Assembly (NCBI GenBank): GCA_030639555.1
Contig: DAOWCM010000003.1
Location: 1 to 42,364, forward strand
Length of the DNA stretch: 42,364 bases
Origin: Candidatus Eiseniibacteriota bacterium
GTDB taxonomy: Bacteria; Joyebacterota; Joyebacteria; Joyebacterales; Joyebacteraceae
Direction: 5' to 3'
Shown here: positions 17,031 through 26,396 of the stretch, in pieces
Numbering within the stretch: the first letter of the stretch is position 1
How the letters are laid out: every line of letters starts with the position of its first letter
The notes under the pieces: model-generated
Seen by the model: the letters and a program-made list of their open reading frames with translations, nothing else
Told to the model about the DNA's origin: nothing
Databases searched by the model: none
Made by a program: the position numbers and the translations under genes

Positions 17031-18013
17031 AAGCTCCTCCGCTGTACGTTTCCCTGCCGCCAGATCACAGCGCCGGCGTTCAGGATCTTCTTCGGTCTGC
17101 CGAGCACCCGCTTGCCGAGGGTGTACTCCATGAGCTTCATCATTCTGTTCAGCCGCGAGGTGTGCATCTGCAGCTTCTCCTGGTCGTCGATCGACTCGGT
17201 GAGCGCGCAGATAGCGGACTGGGCGAGGATCTGGTGGACGTCGCGCGGCAGCATGGGGATCGCTGCCGTCTCCGCCGTGCAGACATAGTCGCCCACCTCG
17301 ATCGTCCTGCGTCCCTCCCGCGTGTCTGACCCGTCGATCGGGTCCGCGAGAGTCAGCGTGTTGCCGACGATCAGGGTGATCTCGTTGTCCCAGACCTTGA
17401 TCTCCGCTCCGGATTCCTTGCCGTGGACGTCCACGTCGGTGTTGAGCGGGAAGGGAGGAGGCGTACCGCCGGAGACCGTGACGGTGTTGAGGGACAGGTC
17501 GCGGGCGGTGACCAACCGGTAGAACGAGTCGCTAGAGTCAGCCAGCGTGAGCTGAGAGGGCCTGAACCGGTAGGAGACCTCGAGCTGCGCGGCGCTCCCC
17601 GCGACTCCCACCTGTGGGAAGATCCGGATCCGCGAGTGCTCGAGGTAGTAGCCCCGGATCTCCGTCGACCCACCCCGCGTCGGCTGGAAGGACGGCAGGT
17701 CCTCGCGAGCAATACGCGGCAGGCTGGACCGGGCATTCCCCCGTATGATCAGGAGATCCCGCAGGCTGTTTCCGACCGCTCTGGTCGGGACGGGGATGAA
17801 CTCGTCGCCAAGGGACAGGTCGAGTATCTCCGTCACCACCATGAACTCTTCCTGGAGCTTCGCCACCTGGGGCACCAGCTCCGTCAGAAGCTCCGTGTCC
17901 ATGTAGAGAATTATGTCTTCGTCCGTCCAGCCCTGAGCGTTGGTGTCAGGAATTACTGCTCGGTTTCGGACTTCTCGGATGAGTTGCTCTGTGGTGTATC
18001 GGAGGGTTGGCAC
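17027..18013 (-). CDS. Head-tail adaptor (P22 gp4 / T7 gp11-like)
   Basis: AAGGAGGAG RBS; TTEQLIREVRNRA...WTDEDIILYM...IRIFPQ...IPMLPRDVHQILAQ fits podovirus adaptors. Confidence 0.7.
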   Translation of the reverse strand: MPTLRYTTEQLIREVRNRAVIPDTNAQGWTDEDIILYMDTELLTELVPQVAKLQEEFMVVTEILDLSLGDEFIPVPTRAVGNSLRDLLIIRGNARSSLPRIAREDLPSFQPTRGGSTEIRGYYLEHSRIRIFPQVGVAGSAAQLEVSYRFRPSQLTLADSSDSFYRLVTARDLSLNTVTVSGGTPPPFPLNTDVDVHGKESGAEIKVWDNEITLIVGNTLTLADPIDGSDTREGRRTIEVGDYVCTAETAAIPMLPRDVHQILAQSAICALTESIDDQEKLQMHTSRLNRMMKLMEYTLGKRVLGRPKKILNAGAVIWRQGNVQRRSL

Positions 18014-18180
18014 TTCTCCTCCTTCCTGGGCTCTTCAATGAGCGCCGCACGGACGCCCTGGATAATGTTGTCGATCGAGACGTAGGTAATTGGCCCCGAC
18101 AGGTCCATGGTTCCAAGAAGAGTCAGGGCCTTGTTCAGCTGCTGCACGTCAACTAGTGCGGTCTCTGGCTGTCGGATCAT
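17953..18180 (-). CDS. Small hypothetical protein
   Basis: ATGA-coupled to the upstream gene. Confidence 0.4.
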   Translation of the reverse strand: MIRQPETALVDVQQLNKALTLLGTMDLSGPITYVSIDNIIQGVRAALIEEPRKEEKCQPSDTPQSNSSEKSETEQ

Positions 18181-18488
18181 CGATAGGTCTTGTCCATGCT
18201 GTTGACCCGAGGACTAGTGCCGGCGTTGGTGTCGCTCATCACCTTCGTGTTCTTGCCGTAGTACCCGCTCATATGCTCGAGCGCCTTGCGGGCCATGGCC
18301 GAGTTGGGCATACCTGCCTGGTCGATGTAGCCGTTGATGGGCTTGCCGTAGTCGCCCATCGGCTTGCCGCTGTCGTCACGGTATCCCTGCGGGGCTCCCT
18401 TGTAGGACATCCCCGCGTCCATGTGGCTCTCGCCGTACGTCTTCCGCTTGCTCTTCTTGCCGCTGCCGTAGCCCTTGTGCATGGGCAT
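18177..18488 (-). CDS. Small basic K/G/Y/M-rich protein, possibly virion-associated
   Basis: GAGGTGA RBS, TAATG coupling, low-complexity basic composition. Confidence 0.55.
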   Translation of the reverse strand: MPMHKGYGSGKKSKRKTYGESHMDAGMSYKGAPQGYRDDSGKPMGDYGKPINGYIDQAGMPNSAMARKALEHMSGYYGKNTKVMSDTNAGTSPRVNSMDKTYR

Positions 18489-18949
18489 TACTCACCTCTC
18501 TTTCTGTCACCTCGGACACTGAGAACGAGAACGGACACCGCGACCGAGCCGCCGGCGAAGTTCTCTCCAACGGCGGTGAGCACCACGTCCTCGGCCGCCA
18601 CCGTGTATCGGAACCCGGCCGCCGCAGCCGTGTAGTCCAGGGAGCTGGTCCTCGTCCCGAATGCCGGGCTGATCGTGGCACCGTAGAGGTCCACGTCCGT
18701 GCCATCGCCGACGTTGAAGCTGGTCAGCGAGGCTGTCGCTCCGAAAATCTCCTCTACGACGTGGAGGACCACGCCCAGGAGGAACACGTTGGCCGGCACG
18801 ATGTTCGACAGCGTCAGAATCGCGCCAGCAGGAATGGGGTTGGTGAAAACGCTCACCTCGTCGGTACGAACAATCCCGTGGACGAAGGCCTGGTCGTGCT
18901 GGGCCGCGTTCCTCGGGTCGAACTGTCGCGTGCGTGTGTCGGTACGCAT
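18488..18949 (-). CDS. Beta-sandwich virion protein (decoration/spike-like)
   Basis: GGAGG RBS; VPANVFLLGVVLHVVEEIFG..SFNVGDGTDVDLY pattern; in the structural block. Confidence 0.55.
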   Translation of the reverse strand: MRTDTRTRQFDPRNAAQHDQAFVHGIVRTDEVSVFTNPIPAGAILTLSNIVPANVFLLGVVLHVVEEIFGATASLTSFNVGDGTDVDLYGATISPAFGTRTSSLDYTAAAAGFRYTVAAEDVVLTAVGENFAGGSVAVSVLVLSVRGDRKRGE

Positions 18950-18959
18950 GGGTTCCTCC

Positions 18960-19418
18960 TTAGTTGTTGCGGGATTTCTCTCGCCAAAGCATTGCCCCGT
19001 TATCCCAGGCGAGGCTAATCCTGGTCCCTGTGCTCAGGGTGATCAGTCCGTTGATCTGCATGATCCCCGCGTCGGGAATCGTCACTGTGTCTCCGTTGTC
19101 CGTGCCCACGACGTCGAGGAGCTGCTCGTCGTACTCGCCGGCGGTGATCGCCGTAACGGCACTGAGGGTCACCGCGCCACCGGTAGAGATGACCTTCATG
19201 ACCGAGGCGGCAGGCGTCATCGTGGCGCCACCGGCCAGGGCGGCGTGGCTCACCACGTTGGGCACGAGCACCAGCGCTCCGCTCGCCAGCTTCTGCACGG
19301 TGATGTTGTTCGAGTCGATCAGGTCCAGGAGGATCTGCGTCGTCTCCGGACCCCAGCCGGTCTCTCCGACCGTGAACACCTGTCGGGTCGCTCCGAGTAG
19401 GGTCTTCGATATCGACAT
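18960..19418 (-). CDS. Virion structural protein
   Basis: T/G/V-rich beta composition, ends in WDNGAMLWREKSR; in the structural block. Confidence 0.55.
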   Translation of the reverse strand: MSISKTLLGATRQVFTVGETGWGPETTQILLDLIDSNNITVQKLASGALVLVPNVVSHAALAGGATMTPAASVMKVISTGGAVTLSAVTAITAGEYDEQLLDVVGTDNGDTVTIPDAGIMQINGLITLSTGTRISLAWDNGAMLWREKSRNN

Positions 19419-21031
19419 CAGGCTGCCTTTCCCATGAATGCCAGCTCTTCACCGGTGAGCTGCTCGAGGAGGCGTACCACCCGGAGCATGTCCACCCAGA
19501 CGTACTTGCCCGCGCGCTCGGAGTAGAAGCTCCAGGCCATGTCCTCGGACAGCTTGTGCCCGTACACCTCGGAGTGAGGAGAGAGCACCGAGACGTTCCC
19601 CGCCTCGTCGCGCACCTTGAGCTCTGCGCTGGCCGCGACATCCTCGGAGTAGAGAACCACCGAGTCGGTGGGGCCGGTCGAAGGAGCGACTCCGTTCTCG
19701 ATAATGAGGGTGTGCGTCCCGCTGGTCGCTCCGGATGGGGTCCCGATCCGGAAGCCGTTCACGGCACCGCCCGCAAAAGCAAAAAGCTGCACGCCACCGA
19801 GGTCCATCACTAAGCTGTCGCTGCCGCGAACGTAGCGAAGTCTTCCCTCTGACCCGCCGGCAAGACCGAAGTCTAGAATCGCGGCGTCGGTCGCCGAGCA
19901 CAGAATCGCCACGGAGTGGTCGGAGGCATCCCCGACATCGCCAAAGGTGGCGTCGCCTGGAGCCGTGACGCCCCAGTTGGCGGCCGTGAGCGCGCCTCCG
20001 GCTCCGACCGTGAGCGACAAGGCGCTGTTGCTTCTGAGCAGCAGGTCGTCGGCGATGCACCCGATACCCACCGTGTTCTGGTCGGTCGTCCCTGAGTCCA
20101 TGAGGCTGAGCCTGCACTCCGCCATCGCGGACTGGACGACGTTGACGAGGATCGCTGCGGACTCGACGTGGAACTGCGCGAGGGGAATCCCGGTCTGCAC
20201 GCGGATACCTACCGCGCCGCCCGCGTCGGTGATCATCAGGACCGGATCCGAGAAGTCCAAGAGGCCGATGGAGAAAAGGCCGGCCGACTGGTCGTAGCCC
20301 ATCTCGAAGCGCCGGACGGAATTCTGAACAAACTCGACCTTGGCGTCAGTTGCGCCCACTCCAGACTCAAGGCGGATGATGGCCTCGAAGGCGTTCCCGC
20401 TGTTGTCGACGTGTAGCGCGACTCCCGCGCCAAACTGAAAGGTCTTGATGACCGGGTTGGTGCCGAGGTCAAGCGACGTGACCGACAGAGCCCCGGTAGC
20501 GCTATCCCCCTGAATGTCGGTTCCGTCCCCGACAGAGATGCTCCCGACGAGGTTGGAGACGAGCATCGCGAGACCGACCCCGGTCTTCGTGGCCTGGATC
20601 ATGACCCCGGTCCCGGCGTCAGCGATCAAGATCGCCTGGCCACCCCCCAGCCCCGACTTGTTGATGAACAGCGCGACTTGGTTGTCCGCCTGCGTGAGGC
20701 GGAGCACGTTGTTACCCGAGGCGGCTGGAGTGGTGATCTCGACGGCGCCGGCGTCGGCGGTAATGGCCCTTCCGAGTCCAGGGCCGCCCGAGTCGTACGC
20801 AGCGTCGAGGGTGCTCAGCGCGCTGGCGGGTGCCGTAGTCCACTTGCCGGCAGCGTCAATCTGGATGAACTCCGGGCCGGCCGGGAGCGCGTCGAGCAGC
20901 TCCATGGCGTAGCTGCCGCCGACGCCCGTGAGGTCGGCCGGTGCGTCGACAGTGACTGCCGCTACGCCGTTCCCGACGGCCTCGCGGAGGATCGCTGCAC
21001 CGTTGTCAGTGAGGTCAATGTCCCGGCCCAT
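19418..21031 (-). CDS. Tail fibre / spike protein
   Basis: G/A/T/S-rich; STLDAAYD-GG, VGIRVQTGIPLAQFHV fibre repeats, C-terminal VVLYSEDV..SAELKVRDEAGN...WSFYS. Confidence 0.7.
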   Translation of the reverse strand: MGRDIDLTDNGAAILREAVGNGVAAVTVDAPADLTGVGGSYAMELLDALPAGPEFIQIDAAGKWTTAPASALSTLDAAYDSGGPGLGRAITADAGAVEITTPAASGNNVLRLTQADNQVALFINKSGLGGGQAILIADAGTGVMIQATKTGVGLAMLVSNLVGSISVGDGTDIQGDSATGALSVTSLDLGTNPVIKTFQFGAGVALHVDNSGNAFEAIIRLESGVGATDAKVEFVQNSVRRFEMGYDQSAGLFSIGLLDFSDPVLMITDAGGAVGIRVQTGIPLAQFHVESAAILVNVVQSAMAECRLSLMDSGTTDQNTVGIGCIADDLLLRSNSALSLTVGAGGALTAANWGVTAPGDATFGDVGDASDHSVAILCSATDAAILDFGLAGGSEGRLRYVRGSDSLVMDLGGVQLFAFAGGAVNGFRIGTPSGATSGTHTLIIENGVAPSTGPTDSVVLYSEDVAASAELKVRDEAGNVSVLSPHSEVYGHKLSEDMAWSFYSERAGKYVWVDMLRVVRLLEQLTGEELAFMGKAA

Positions 21032-21035
21032 TCTC

Positions 21036-21497
21036 TTAGCCCTCCATGAGCAAGTTCACGTTGGCTGCCGCGTCGCCGTTCGCCTGCGTGGTGATCTCCA
21101 GGACGAGCTGCATGTACTCCGCCTGCTTGAACACGTCGGCGTCCGCGCTCAGGATCCCGCTCGAGGCAGACGAGAGCTTGGCTGCAGCTCCAGCCCCGAA
21201 CACGAGCACCTCCTGCTGGGCGTTGTTCGACGTGTCGATTGCCGTGAGCAGGTCGAACAGCCACAGCACGGTCGACTTGTCCTTCTTGAGCACCTCGAGG
21301 CGGACAGACATATCGCCCGTCGCCGGCGTGGTGGTGGTCTCGATGATGTCGATGATCAGCGTGAAGATGAAATACTGCCGCACGTCGAGCATCCCCGAGG
21401 GGTACTCTGTCGTGGCGATATCGGTGAGGTCCACCACGGACGGATCGAGCGCAGTGGGGAAGTCAATCCCTTCGAGCTGCCTTGTCTTCCTTGGCAT
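21036..21497 (-). CDS. Virion structural protein (beta-sandwich)
   Basis: GAGGGA RBS; in the structural block. Confidence 0.5.
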   Translation of the reverse strand: MPRKTRQLEGIDFPTALDPSVVDLTDIATTEYPSGMLDVRQYFIFTLIIDIIETTTTPATGDMSVRLEVLKKDKSTVLWLFDLLTAIDTSNNAQQEVLVFGAGAAAKLSSASSGILSADADVFKQAEYMQLVLEITTQANGDAAANVNLLMEG

Positions 21498-21530
21498 CAG
21501 ACGTCCCTCTCTCGGTAGAAGTAGTTGTGA

Positions 21531-23978
21531 TCAGGTTCCCCGCTCGCGTCGGTAATAGAAGTGATAGGCGTCAGATTCGGCGGCTCCTACCGGAGCTTCG
21601 TTGACGAGCTCGTCGTCGTTCTCGAGGCCAGCGCCCGCATTCCACAGGTTGAGGAAATCGTTCAGCCTGAACGCGCGACCCTTCCAATACATGAGGTGGT
21701 CGATGTTCGCCTGCGCGGGCAAGCCGCCGCCTGTGAACCTGGCGAACCCGACTCCCTGGAAGTTGGGCGAGCCCGAGCCTGTCTGGCGTGGATACTTGAA
21801 GCCGCCGACAAACCCCCGCATCTCGCTGAAGTGGTACTGACCGCCGCCGAAGGCCCCGCCGCGTTCGCCCCAGAAGATGCGCTGCTTGTTGAGCACCGCG
21901 TCGTAGGTGATGCCCATGAACTGATACTCGTTCTGGAGGACTCCTGGCGTCGGATCATGGTTAGCGCTGAAGAGTAGACCCTTGAAGGCAATGAGCCCGT
22001 CTTCCATGTCCATGACCGGAACGCCGTTGAGCGTCACGTTGGCCCACGAGTCGTGCTTGAACCAGCTATTGATGGCCTGGCCAGCTACGGCGACAGAATG
22101 GATATCGAAGAACGTCGGTTTACCGTCGCCCGTGTTGACGAGAGAATACCAGCCGCAGACGGTGATCGAAGTGGCCCCGCGGATATCGAAGATCGCGTCC
22201 CCGGAGACCTGATCCTGCCGGAAGTAGGAAGCGTTGATCTCCCCTATGGCCTTGGTGAACCCGCGCGCCTGGCCGAACTTGCCCGTGACACTCAGGGCGT
22301 TCGTCCCGACAACCGTCAGGTCCTTTGTGCCGCCCTCTACTGCGTCGAGGTCGTTCGTCCCGAGCGCCTCCTCACACAGCCAGGTGGCGTCCTTGTCGGT
22401 GAAGTCGAAAGCCTCACCACGGGTAGCCGGAAAGCCTACCGGCTCAGGAGTCGCGTCGAAGTTCGAGAAGGCGAGGCCGTGGTAGTTCCTCCAGTGCTCG
22501 TGGAAATCCCCCTCCGTTAAGGCGCGGCCCTTCCACCAGGAGAAGTGATCGATCCCCAATCGGCTGCTCGATCCGCCGAACTTCCCGAACGCGACCGGGG
22601 TGGTGGCGCTCGCCGAGCCGAAGGCCGAGAAGCCCGTCGTGGTCACGTAGTATTGCTCGTGCTGCTCGCGGCCCCAGAAGAGACGCATCTCGTCGGTCGC
22701 CGCGTCGTAGGCGATACCGAGCATCTGCCAGCGCTCGAGGCGGAACGGCACGGTGGCGTGGGCGACAAGATCGATGGAATTGTTGAGCGACAACCCGTCG
22801 TACATCCTGAACCGTGGCACGATCGGATTGCTTCCGACGGCCGCCAGGTCGAGCTGAAGGAACTGCTCGCCTGCCGGGCTGGAGTCGAAGATCCCGAAGA
22901 TCTGCGGGAAGTTGTCGAGGGCCGTGTCCATGCGGGCCCACACGATCGCGCTGAACGAGGTCGAGCCCGAGATATCGAAGTGGTCGCCGATCGCCGTAGT
23001 CCTCTCGAGGCGAGGTGTGTTGCCCAGGCCGCGCCTGCCGTACCCCATGAATCCAAGAATGGACGGAAGGGGTGGCGCGTTGAGTGCGGTGAGGTCGAGG
23101 GCACCCGGGTCGGCTATCAGATCACGTTGGTCGAGGCTCCCGTCTTCTTCCAGGTGACTGTCGTACTGCACGTTCACGTCGGTGAAGGGGAAGACTCCAG
23201 CTGGCGTGGGGCTCGCGGTCCAGTCGTCCAGGAGCAGGCCGCTGCCGCTGTTGTACATCGCGGTGACGTCTGCAGCGTCCGTCACGCGACCATGGATCGA
23301 TACCTCGTCCATGCCGCCCGGAGAGACTCGTTGCGTCGAGAACCGCGCCCACATTTGCGTGAAGTCCGCGGTCGAGCCGGCGAAGGCGCCCGTAGTGTGT
23401 GCCGTCGTGTTCCGCGTCCCGGCGTTGAACTGAGCCCAGATATGGCCCTGCTCGGCGTCGTACCCGAAAGAGAACATGTGCCAGGTGTCGGCTGCCGGTA
23501 GCCCGCTGGGAGTTTGAACAAACGCGCCGCTTGCCCCTGTCCCGTCGGGGTCGATGTTGAACTGGTGGACGTCTGCCGTAGCGTTCCAAAGGCCCATCCA
23601 GGAGCGTTCATTCGCTGCGCTGACGTCGTCCCATACGCCCATCCACGGGTCAGTCGTACCGTCGGACCACTCGCCCGCGTTGCGGTTGAGCCATAGGTTT
23701 GCCGAGAACGACTGGTTGCCGTACTTAAAATGGCGACTACGAGCGCCGTTGGGTAGGCCGCGACGGTTCGCTATGTCCGCCCCCTGGTTCACGAACCGGC
23801 CACCGTCTACGCCACCCGTGGACGTCGAGAACGCTATCCCGGAGAGGTTGATTACGTGTCTGTCGTGCCTCGAGTAGTCTTTCGTTCCGAGGGACTGAGT
23901 TGGGAAGACGCGAGGGACGTCGTCACACCGCCAGTACGCATCGAGGCCATCGAGCAGCAGGTTCATAGTATTCACCAA
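21531..23978 (-). CDS. Protein with three tandem LamG/concanavalin-A-like domains (probable virion glycan binder)
   Basis: Three repeats, each with start motif (GLDAYWRCDD / DSHLEE / DATWLCEE), FS.N/I.W-type strand, WH/WQ/YQ-M..F/I.YDA, and D-E/H...GR....D...MYN/WN.G.GL. Confidence 0.75.
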   Translation of the reverse strand: MVNTMNLLLDGLDAYWRCDDVPRVFPTQSLGTKDYSRHDRHVINLSGIAFSTSTGGVDGGRFVNQGADIANRRGLPNGARSRHFKYGNQSFSANLWLNRNAGEWSDGTTDPWMGVWDDVSAANERSWMGLWNATADVHQFNIDPDGTGASGAFVQTPSGLPAADTWHMFSFGYDAEQGHIWAQFNAGTRNTTAHTTGAFAGSTADFTQMWARFSTQRVSPGGMDEVSIHGRVTDAADVTAMYNSGSGLLLDDWTASPTPAGVFPFTDVNVQYDSHLEEDGSLDQRDLIADPGALDLTALNAPPLPSILGFMGYGRRGLGNTPRLERTTAIGDHFDISGSTSFSAIVWARMDTALDNFPQIFGIFDSSPAGEQFLQLDLAAVGSNPIVPRFRMYDGLSLNNSIDLVAHATVPFRLERWQMLGIAYDAATDEMRLFWGREQHEQYYVTTTGFSAFGSASATTPVAFGKFGGSSSRLGIDHFSWWKGRALTEGDFHEHWRNYHGLAFSNFDATPEPVGFPATRGEAFDFTDKDATWLCEEALGTNDLDAVEGGTKDLTVVGTNALSVTGKFGQARGFTKAIGEINASYFRQDQVSGDAIFDIRGATSITVCGWYSLVNTGDGKPTFFDIHSVAVAGQAINSWFKHDSWANVTLNGVPVMDMEDGLIAFKGLLFSANHDPTPGVLQNEYQFMGITYDAVLNKQRIFWGERGGAFGGGQYHFSEMRGFVGGFKYPRQTGSGSPNFQGVGFARFTGGGLPAQANIDHLMYWKGRAFRLNDFLNLWNAGAGLENDDELVNEAPVGAAESDAYHFYYRRERGT

Positions 23979-23986
23979 GAAGCAGC

Positions 23987-24011
23987 CGGGGAGGCTCCTG
24001 AAGCCCCCCCG
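23987..24011 (-). terminator. Hairpin downstream of the major capsid gene
   Basis: Minus strand CGGGGGGGCU-UCAGG-AGCCUCCCCG followed by GCUGCUUCUU. Confidence 0.5.
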
Positions 24012-24031
24012 ACGACTGGAGTAAAAGATGC

Positions 24032-25285
24032 CTAGTTGCTGTTGACGATGTTCTCGATGATCGTGTTGTGTCCGACAGCGTCACAGAAGACCGACTGGTT
24101 CGCGTAGGCACGCGCGTCGTAGCCGTTCTTCTCCTCGAGGCGGTGGAAGACCTGGCGCTCGGCGGGATCGCCGAAGGCAAAGTCCTGCGCCCCGATTCGC
24201 GACCACGCACCGAGGTCGAGCAGGTAAGCGAAACCACCCTTGATAAAGATCGAAGGTTTGATTTCGACAGGCCCGCTCTGAGTCCAGAAGGTGATGGCCT
24301 CGGCGCCCGCCTCGTAGCGTGCGTTGCCGTCTCCTCTCTGGAAACGACGAAGAGCCGCGAGGTCGCCGATCAGGTCCACCCAGGTTGCGGTCGAAACGTA
24401 GAGACAGAGTCGCCCCTCTCCACCGCCCTTCTCAACGATCCTCGCGACGGCTTCCTGAATGTGATCCATGTCGAGAGCGCTACCGCCGGCGTCGACCGAG
24501 TTGGCTCGCCAGAGCGTGAAGGCCGCGACATCGATGTTGAAGAGATTTCCCGAGGTCTGCTGCAGGATCTCGTGGATCCCGATCGCGCTCTGGTGCGTCG
24601 GGAGGGGAGCGATAACCGCGCCAACCCAGAAGATCCGGTCTCCCGCTCCGACCCCGCCCGCGAGGGCACCGGTGAACTGGATACGCCGAAGCGTGAAGTC
24701 CACCGAGAGGACGGTGATTGCCGCGTCGTCGATGACCGTGAGGCCCGCGTTGAGAATGTCCACGACCGCCTGCTCGGCGCCAGCCCAGATGCCGGGGGCC
24801 CAGCTCGCGGCGGTGATCTGAATGGTGTCGGCGGCGGGGGTACTCTGCACGACGCCGAGGTCGGCCTGACCGTAGAGCGCTTCGATCTCTTGGCGCTTAC
24901 GGAACGAGTTGGCCATGTTGGTCACGATGTGCTTCGTGCTCTGCACAAAAGCACGCGGGCCAGACGTCGAGGCCTTGGCGATCGTCTCGTAGTCCACCTG
25001 ACTACGGAGGATTACCTGGAAGCCATCGACTGCGGCTCGCTTCGTCTCACCAACGGCCGCCGGCTGCAGCGTCTGAATCGGAGCGCCGGGAGCAAGGTAG
25101 GTGAAGCCGTTCTCGAACACGAGCGTGATTGCCGCGTTGAACGACTCGCCGGGGCGTTTGTCGCCTCCGCGGAACGGGACGTCTTTGATAACCCGGACGC
25201 CGTTCGGGTAAATGAATCGAACCTTGTTGTCGTAGACCCTCTTGAAGATACCTTCAAGGGTGCTTGTCGAATGCGCTGTTGCCAT
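24032..25285 (-). CDS. Major capsid protein (HK97-fold)
   Basis: 417 aa directly after the scaffold; LEGIFKRVYD N-terminus, ALYGQADLG, IGIHEIL, FNIDVAAFTLWRAN. Confidence 0.8.
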   Translation of the reverse strand: MATAHSTSTLEGIFKRVYDNKVRFIYPNGVRVIKDVPFRGGDKRPGESFNAAITLVFENGFTYLAPGAPIQTLQPAAVGETKRAAVDGFQVILRSQVDYETIAKASTSGPRAFVQSTKHIVTNMANSFRKRQEIEALYGQADLGVVQSTPAADTIQITAASWAPGIWAGAEQAVVDILNAGLTVIDDAAITVLSVDFTLRRIQFTGALAGGVGAGDRIFWVGAVIAPLPTHQSAIGIHEILQQTSGNLFNIDVAAFTLWRANSVDAGGSALDMDHIQEAVARIVEKGGGEGRLCLYVSTATWVDLIGDLAALRRFQRGDGNARYEAGAEAITFWTQSGPVEIKPSIFIKGGFAYLLDLGAWSRIGAQDFAFGDPAERQVFHRLEEKNGYDARAYANQSVFCDAVGHNTIIENIVNSN

Positions 25286-26388
25286 TAGTGTTCAAGTCCC
25301 ATTGCGTCATTTAGACTGTTGATGAACTCCCGACCTGTGTAGGTCCGCTGGGTTTTCACCTTGCGCTCTCCGCGCTGCTCAGACGTCCCAGACTTCTTCC
25401 TGGAACGCCGAGTCTTCGCGACCGCTATGTCCGCCTTCTTCTGCTTCCCGGACTTCCCTCTCTTCCGGCCCTTGGGTACGGTTCGAGAGAGTTCCTTCTG
25501 AAGCGCCTTGCGTTCACGCAGGAGGTGCTTGGCGGCGGTGAGCGGGTGCATGGTCTCGTCACGAGCCATTGCCGCGAGCATGATGTCTGCCATCCTCTTC
25601 CGAAGTGGATCGGAGTCTTTGGGTAGGCCGACCTCATCCAGGGCGACACTGACGTTGTGCTCGAGCGTCTGCAGTTGCTCGATCTCCGCCTGCGTGTATG
25701 TTCTTTCTGTTTTCTGCTGCCCGTTGCCGTTCTGCTGACCACCACGCGCCTGGCGTTTCAGCTGACGGTTCTCCTGGAGCTGTTTCTGAGCCTCTGGCTC
25801 GGCCTGCAGCTCCTTGTAGTACGGAACCACGTAGGCGTGCGCCAGCTCCGCGACGTGCTTGCGCGCGGACTCGTAGTTGCCGAACTTCTGCGTGTAGAAC
25901 TCCTCGAGGAAGCCGAAGTGATCGTTGATCATGGCCCGCATCGTGAAGTTCGCGTTCTCGAGGGCCCGCTTCGACTCGGTCGCGCGCTTCTCGTAGAAGA
26001 TCCCCTTCTGCGCGAGCGCCGCGAGCTGGTCTACGTTTTCGACTTGATGAGTCTTGCCTTCGACCAGAAGGGTGAAGCCTTCGTCCTCTTCTTCGTCCTC
26101 TTCGGCTTCATCCTCTCCAGTCTCGCCACTCTCCTCATCTCCGTCAGTATCGTCTTCATCGCTATCTGATTCATCGTCATCAGCTTCTTCGTCGGTGTCG
26201 AAGCCGTCGAGACTTTCTTCGTCACCTTCCTCTTGTTCGTCGTCGTCCTCTTCAGCCTCTTTGCCTTCGTCCTCGGGAGAGACATCTGCTTTGAACTCCT
26301 TCTCCAGGTCGGCGATCTCATCCTCGCTGAAGACGAGATTCGTGCTGGGTTCCTGCTCTTCGGTCTGGGTGGTTTCTTCGTCGGCCAT
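25285..26388 (-). CDS. Capsid scaffolding protein
   Basis: Between portal and MCP; extremely acidic N-terminus, FTLLVEGKTHQV...LAQKG motif, coiled coil and basic C-terminus. Confidence 0.75.
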   Translation of the reverse strand: MADEETTQTEEQEPSTNLVFSEDEIADLEKEFKADVSPEDEGKEAEEDDDEQEEGDEESLDGFDTDEEADDDESDSDEDDTDGDEESGETGEDEAEEDEEEDEGFTLLVEGKTHQVENVDQLAALAQKGIFYEKRATESKRALENANFTMRAMINDHFGFLEEFYTQKFGNYESARKHVAELAHAYVVPYYKELQAEPEAQKQLQENRQLKRQARGGQQNGNGQQKTERTYTQAEIEQLQTLEHNVSVALDEVGLPKDSDPLRKRMADIMLAAMARDETMHPLTAAKHLLRERKALQKELSRTVPKGRKRGKSGKQKKADIAVAKTRRSRKKSGTSEQRGERKVKTQRTYTGREFINSLNDAMGLEH

Positions 26389-26396
26389 GGGGTCCT